Source: Pseudothioglobus sp. nBUS_23
Lineage (GTDB): Bacteria; Pseudomonadota; Gammaproteobacteria; PS1; Pseudothioglobaceae
Length of the DNA: 32,000 nt
Assembly (NCBI RefSeq): GCF_051201565.1
Contig: NZ_CP179200.1
Span: forward strand, 570,001 to 602,000
Direction of reading: 5' to 3'
Position 1 is the first letter of the stretch; each line of letters starts with the position of its first letter. Both the position numbers and the translations under genes were made by a program. Shown piece after piece: positions 26,916-32,000 of the stretch. Below the pieces are notes generated by a model. That model was not told where the DNA came from. It did no database searches and worked only from the letters and a program-made list of their open reading frames with translations.

Positions 26916-27524
26916 ATGAAAAAACTACTAGTCTTAGGTTTACTTGTTGCAATTTCAATCTCTGGATGTCTTTCCACACCTGCAAGAGAGGTAACAAATA
27001 TCTGTACCTTGCTTGATGAAAAGGTAAGTTGGTATCGTGCAGCTAAATTAAGTGAAGAAAAGTGGAAAGTGCCAATGCACTTGCAAATGGCTATCATTCA
27101 TCAAGAGTCGCGCTTTGCCTCAAGAGCTAAACCACCACGCAATAAAATCTTCGGATTTATTCCTGGCTCAAGACCAACTGACTCATATGGATACACTCAA
27201 GCTAAAAAAGCAACATGGGAGTGGTACCAACTTAAAACTGGTAAAAAAGATGCCCGAAGAGATAACTTTGCTGATGCTATAGACTTCGTTGGCTGGTACG
27301 CTAACCAATCTAACCTCAGATCTAAGATTAGCAAGACAGATGCATATCGACAATATTTAGCTTACCATGAAGGACATGGCGGCTACAACAAGAAGAGCTA
27401 CGAGCAGAAGGATTGGCTTATTTCAATTGCTAAGAAGGTAGAGAACAAATCAAACACCTATAAATCTCAGTTATCTCAGTGTCGAGAACAACTCGATAGC
27501 AATAGAATCTGGACCCTTTTCTAA
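26916..27524 (+). CDS. Lipoprotein with an SLT-like lytic transglycosylase motif
   Basis: Lipobox LLVAISISGC is present. MAIIHQESRF is a candidate catalytic Glu-Ser motif. The ATG directly abuts the preceding stop. Confidence 0.55.
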   Translation: MKKLLVLGLLVAISISGCLSTPAREVTNICTLLDEKVSWYRAAKLSEEKWKVPMHLQMAIIHQESRFASRAKPPRNKIFGFIPGSRPTDSYGYTQAKKATWEWYQLKTGKKDARRDNFADAIDFVGWYANQSNLRSKISKTDAYRQYLAYHEGHGGYNKKSYEQKDWLISIAKKVENKSNTYKSQLSQCREQLDSNRIWTLF

Positions 27525-27544
27525 TAAATTAAAAAGCGCACTAT

Positions 27545-29287
27545 TTATGTCTGCTGCTGTGTTAATGTCAGATACTCGCCTGACGCTTCGATTAGTTCTG
27601 AATGAGTTCCTTGTTCAATAATTTCTCCGTCCTTAAGCACAATGATACGATCAGCATTTTTGATGGTGCTTAATCGGTGGGCAATAATTATTGTTGTTCT
27701 GCCTTTTTGCATTTTGTTAATTGCAGATTGAACAAGCTTTTCTGTTGCTGAATCAAGAGCTGATGTTGCCTCATCAAGAATTAAAATTGGGCTATCTTTT
27801 GCAATAGCCCTCGCAATCGAAAGTCTCTGTCTCTGTCCTCCAGATAGAGTGACGCCGTCCTCGCCAATTTCAGAATCGTACTTATTAACTAGTTTTTCAA
27901 TAAATTCACTTGAATTAGAAATTTTTGCAGCATTTAATATAGTTTCTTTTGACATTGTATCTTTCTGACCAAAAGCTATATTGCCACTGATTGAATCATT
28001 AAATAGACGAACATTTTGGTCTACATATGAGAAATTTGATCTGTATGAGGTCAAATCAAACGAACTGATGTCTTCATTATTGATGCTTATCTTGCCACTT
28101 GAAGGTTCATAAAAACGTGTTAGTAAGTTAACTAAGGTTGTCTTACCGCTTCCTGTAGAGCCAACGAGTGCAACAGTTTCGCCATTTTTAATTGTTAAAT
28201 CAATTTGATTTAACGAGGACTTTTCACTGTCATATGAAAAGCTAACTTTATCAAATTTAATATCACCAGAAACAGTATTCATAGGCTTGCTACTTGAATT
28301 ATCCTCTGGCATTTCGTCTATGAGATCAAATACACTTTTCCCAGCTACAATTGCTTGCTGCAAGGGTTTATTTATGTTGATTAAAGTCTTTGCAGGTTTA
28401 ACAAGCATACCCATTGCAGTGAAATAAGCTAGAAAATCACCAGCAGTCATGATCAGAAAAGTTGAGGAAAAATAAACTACACAGGCCAAAGATAGTCCAA
28501 TCAGTGCATTTACAATTGAGGTATTCAGGCCTCCAGCGAGATCAACTTTAAATCTTTGTTGCCTAATGGTGTTAATAATCTTGAAAAATTTATTTTTTTC
28601 GCTAGTCTGTGCGTTATAAATTTTAATCAAATCATTTCCAGAGATATTTTCATCCAAAAGGTGAGTCATTTTCCCCATAGATTCTTGAACTTTTATAGAT
28701 CCTTTGCGAATTCTAGAAGTAGATAATTTAACCGCCAAATATACCAACGGAAGCAGAATTAAAAGAATAAGACTTAAGAGAAAGCTTTTATAGAATAAAT
28801 AGCCAGTTAGAATGATTACAGTGAACGAAGACTTAATAAATTCAAGCCAAATGGTTGATGCAGCGGCCGATATTTGCTCAACATCAAATGTCAACTTTGA
28901 AAGCGTCTCACCAGTTGTGTGTTTATCAAAGTAGGCTTTAGGTAGTCTAATAAGCTTAGAAAACATATTGACTCTCAAATCTAAAATGACTTTATTAGAA
29001 ATCCAAGAGCTCGCACTGATAGATGTTAATGCAAACAAAGAACTTAAGGCAATTACTGAGAAAAGAATTACTGAATAATAAAAGGCTTTATTGCTGGAAC
29101 GATTGTTAGAAAACAATGTATCAACAATTTGACCAGTAATCTCTGGTATTGCCGTCTCTAATAGAGTAGCAAAAACCATCATTATTGAGGTAAAGACTAA
29201 TTTTCCTAGATGCTTTTTTAAATATGGAAAGAGTCTCTTTACGAATTGTTTATAACCCATTATGAATTGTTTATTGGATGTGCCCAT
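27545..29287 (-). CDS. msbA: Lipid A export ABC transporter, fused permease/ATPase
   Basis: An N-terminal 6-TM domain is followed by Walker A GSTGSGKTT, signature LSGGQRQR and Walker B ILILDEATSALD. An alternative start lies 9 codons downstream (MGYKQF). Confidence 0.85.
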   Translation of the reverse strand: MGTSNKQFIMGYKQFVKRLFPYLKKHLGKLVFTSIMMVFATLLETAIPEITGQIVDTLFSNNRSSNKAFYYSVILFSVIALSSLFALTSISASSWISNKVILDLRVNMFSKLIRLPKAYFDKHTTGETLSKLTFDVEQISAAASTIWLEFIKSSFTVIILTGYLFYKSFLLSLILLILLPLVYLAVKLSTSRIRKGSIKVQESMGKMTHLLDENISGNDLIKIYNAQTSEKNKFFKIINTIRQQRFKVDLAGGLNTSIVNALIGLSLACVVYFSSTFLIMTAGDFLAYFTAMGMLVKPAKTLININKPLQQAIVAGKSVFDLIDEMPEDNSSSKPMNTVSGDIKFDKVSFSYDSEKSSLNQIDLTIKNGETVALVGSTGSGKTTLVNLLTRFYEPSSGKISINNEDISSFDLTSYRSNFSYVDQNVRLFNDSISGNIAFGQKDTMSKETILNAAKISNSSEFIEKLVNKYDSEIGEDGVTLSGGQRQRLSIARAIAKDSPILILDEATSALDSATEKLVQSAINKMQKGRTTIIIAHRLSTIKNADRIIVLKDGEIIEQGTHSELIEASGEYLTLTQQQT

Positions 29288-29291
29288 ATTC

Positions 29292-29307
29292 TACACAAAT
29301 TTGTGTA
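29292..29307. promoter_or_regulatory. Perfect 16-bp palindrome in the msbA-pyrG divergent spacer
   Basis: TACACAAATTTGTGTA reads identically on both strands. It lies 5 nt from the annotated msbA ATG and 32 nt from the pyrG ATG. Confidence 0.4.
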
Positions 29308-29338
29308 TCATAGCTATTTCAAACTTTGTTAGTTTTAG

Positions 29339-30973
<1,635 letters not shown>

Positions 30974-31005
30974 TTAAAAAAATCTTTTGATTTTATAATT
31001 TCAAT

Positions 31006-32000
31006 TATGTCTTTGAAAAAAACAGAGATTACGGTTTTGGGTGGAGGTGTTATAGGTCTCTCTGTTGCATTAAGAATGTTGAATGCAGGAAGAGAAGTTA
31101 CTTTAATTGATCCTGAGGAGCCTGGGACTGGGACTTCATTTGGCAATGCTGGCACTATCGCGGAATACGCTGTTCTGCCAGTTGGATCTCCAGAGGTAAT
31201 TAAACAGCTACCCTCGCTTCTATTTAATAAGAATAGTCCTATAGCAATCAAGCGCTCTGCAATTCTATCCTTATGCCCTTGGCTTATAAAATTTTTATAC
31301 CAGTCAATGCCAAAGAACGCCGCGAGAAATGCTCAAGCGATTGCCTCATTAGTTCAAGGTTCAAGGATGCGATGGGAGGAGCTTTCCTCACAAGTTGGTG
31401 GAGAGTCCTTCATAAAAACAGATGGTAATGTCTATCTTTATCCTAAAGAGGAGCTTTTAGAGTATGGAATAAGGGATATTGAGAAAAGAATACAGCTTGG
31501 CTTAAATGCAGAGATTTTAAATATTGATGAACTTAAAAAGCTGGAGCCAAAACTTGATTTATCTGAGGGTGGAGCCTCTTTCTTTCCGGATGGAGCGTAT
31601 ATGAATGACCCTGGAAAAATGGTCAAGCTAATTTTAAATGCATCAATCAATAAGGGTTGTCAGATTATAAGTCAAACCGCAACAAAAATTGAGAGAGTAA
31701 ATGATGGTATCAAAGTCCATCTTGATAACAAGTCAACAATATTAACTAAACAGTTGGTAGTTGCAGCAGGTGCTTACTCTAAAAAATTTGCTCAACAAGC
31801 AGGCGATAAAATTCCACTGGATGTAGAGCGCGGATATCATGTTGAGTATGACATGGCGGAGCCTCTTCTAAATAGGCCATGCTGCTATGCTGCCGGAGGT
31901 TTCTATATGTCGCCAATGTCTGGTAGGCTGAGAGTAGTTGGAACTGTTGAGCTTGGCGGCTTGAGTCCTAAAATTTCTCAGCACAGAATCAAGTACTTAG
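31006..32000 (+). CDS. FAD-dependent oxidoreductase, D-amino-acid dehydrogenase (DadA/DAO) family; 3' end outside the window
   Basis: It is absent from the ORF track because no stop is reached. My manual translation from ATG 31006 stays open to 32000. It reads MSLKKTEITVLGGGVIGLSVALRMLNAGREVTLID (Rossmann GxGxxG), FGNAGT and ERGYH. Confidence 0.75.

Overview
This is an AT-rich, gene-dense chromosomal window with about 37 protein genes. I found no rRNA, tRNA, CRISPR array, transposase or integrase. Gene content suggests a chemolithoautotrophic gammaproteobacterium, possibly a SUP05/Thioglobus-like sulfur oxidiser; that is an inference from composition and gene set only.

Layout:
- (1) 1-5135: a 5'-truncated ORF coupled to a His-box fatty-acid-hydroxylase-family membrane enzyme, then a Fe(3+) ABC binding protein and fused permease with no ATPase, then argJ.
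- (2) 5155-13352: cbbR lies divergent from cbbL-cbbS-(hairpins/terminator)-cbbQ-cbbO. This is a non-carboxysomal form IA RuBisCO with its MoxR-AAA+/VWA activase. Two ORFs I cannot assign and an orphan malonyl-CoA decarboxylase follow without a break.
- (3) 13349-18677: a nearly complete molybdenum cofactor set, moeA-moaC-moaA-moaD-mog-DUF1624 with 4-nt overlaps, plus mobA and moaE.
- (4) 18769-20727: an isolated kynureninase and a membrane protein.
- (5) 20880-24100: a tight four-gene operon of PhyH-type 2OG dioxygenase, TauE/SafE permease, His-box desaturase-family enzyme and a signal-less PhnD-fold protein.
- (6) 24106-32000: housekeeping genes pdxB, ung, tpm, a tail-anchored cold-shock-domain protein, an SLT-like lipoprotein, msbA, pyrG and a 3'-truncated DadA-like FAD oxidoreductase.

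The best candidates for undescribed biology are the four-gene oxygenase/permease/binding-protein operon (20880-24100) and the two unknown ORFs plus decarboxylase appended to cbbO (11207-13352). Neither function can be established from sequence alone. I also report two perfect 16-bp palindromes in divergent promoter regions and an intrinsic terminator inside the cbb gene string.
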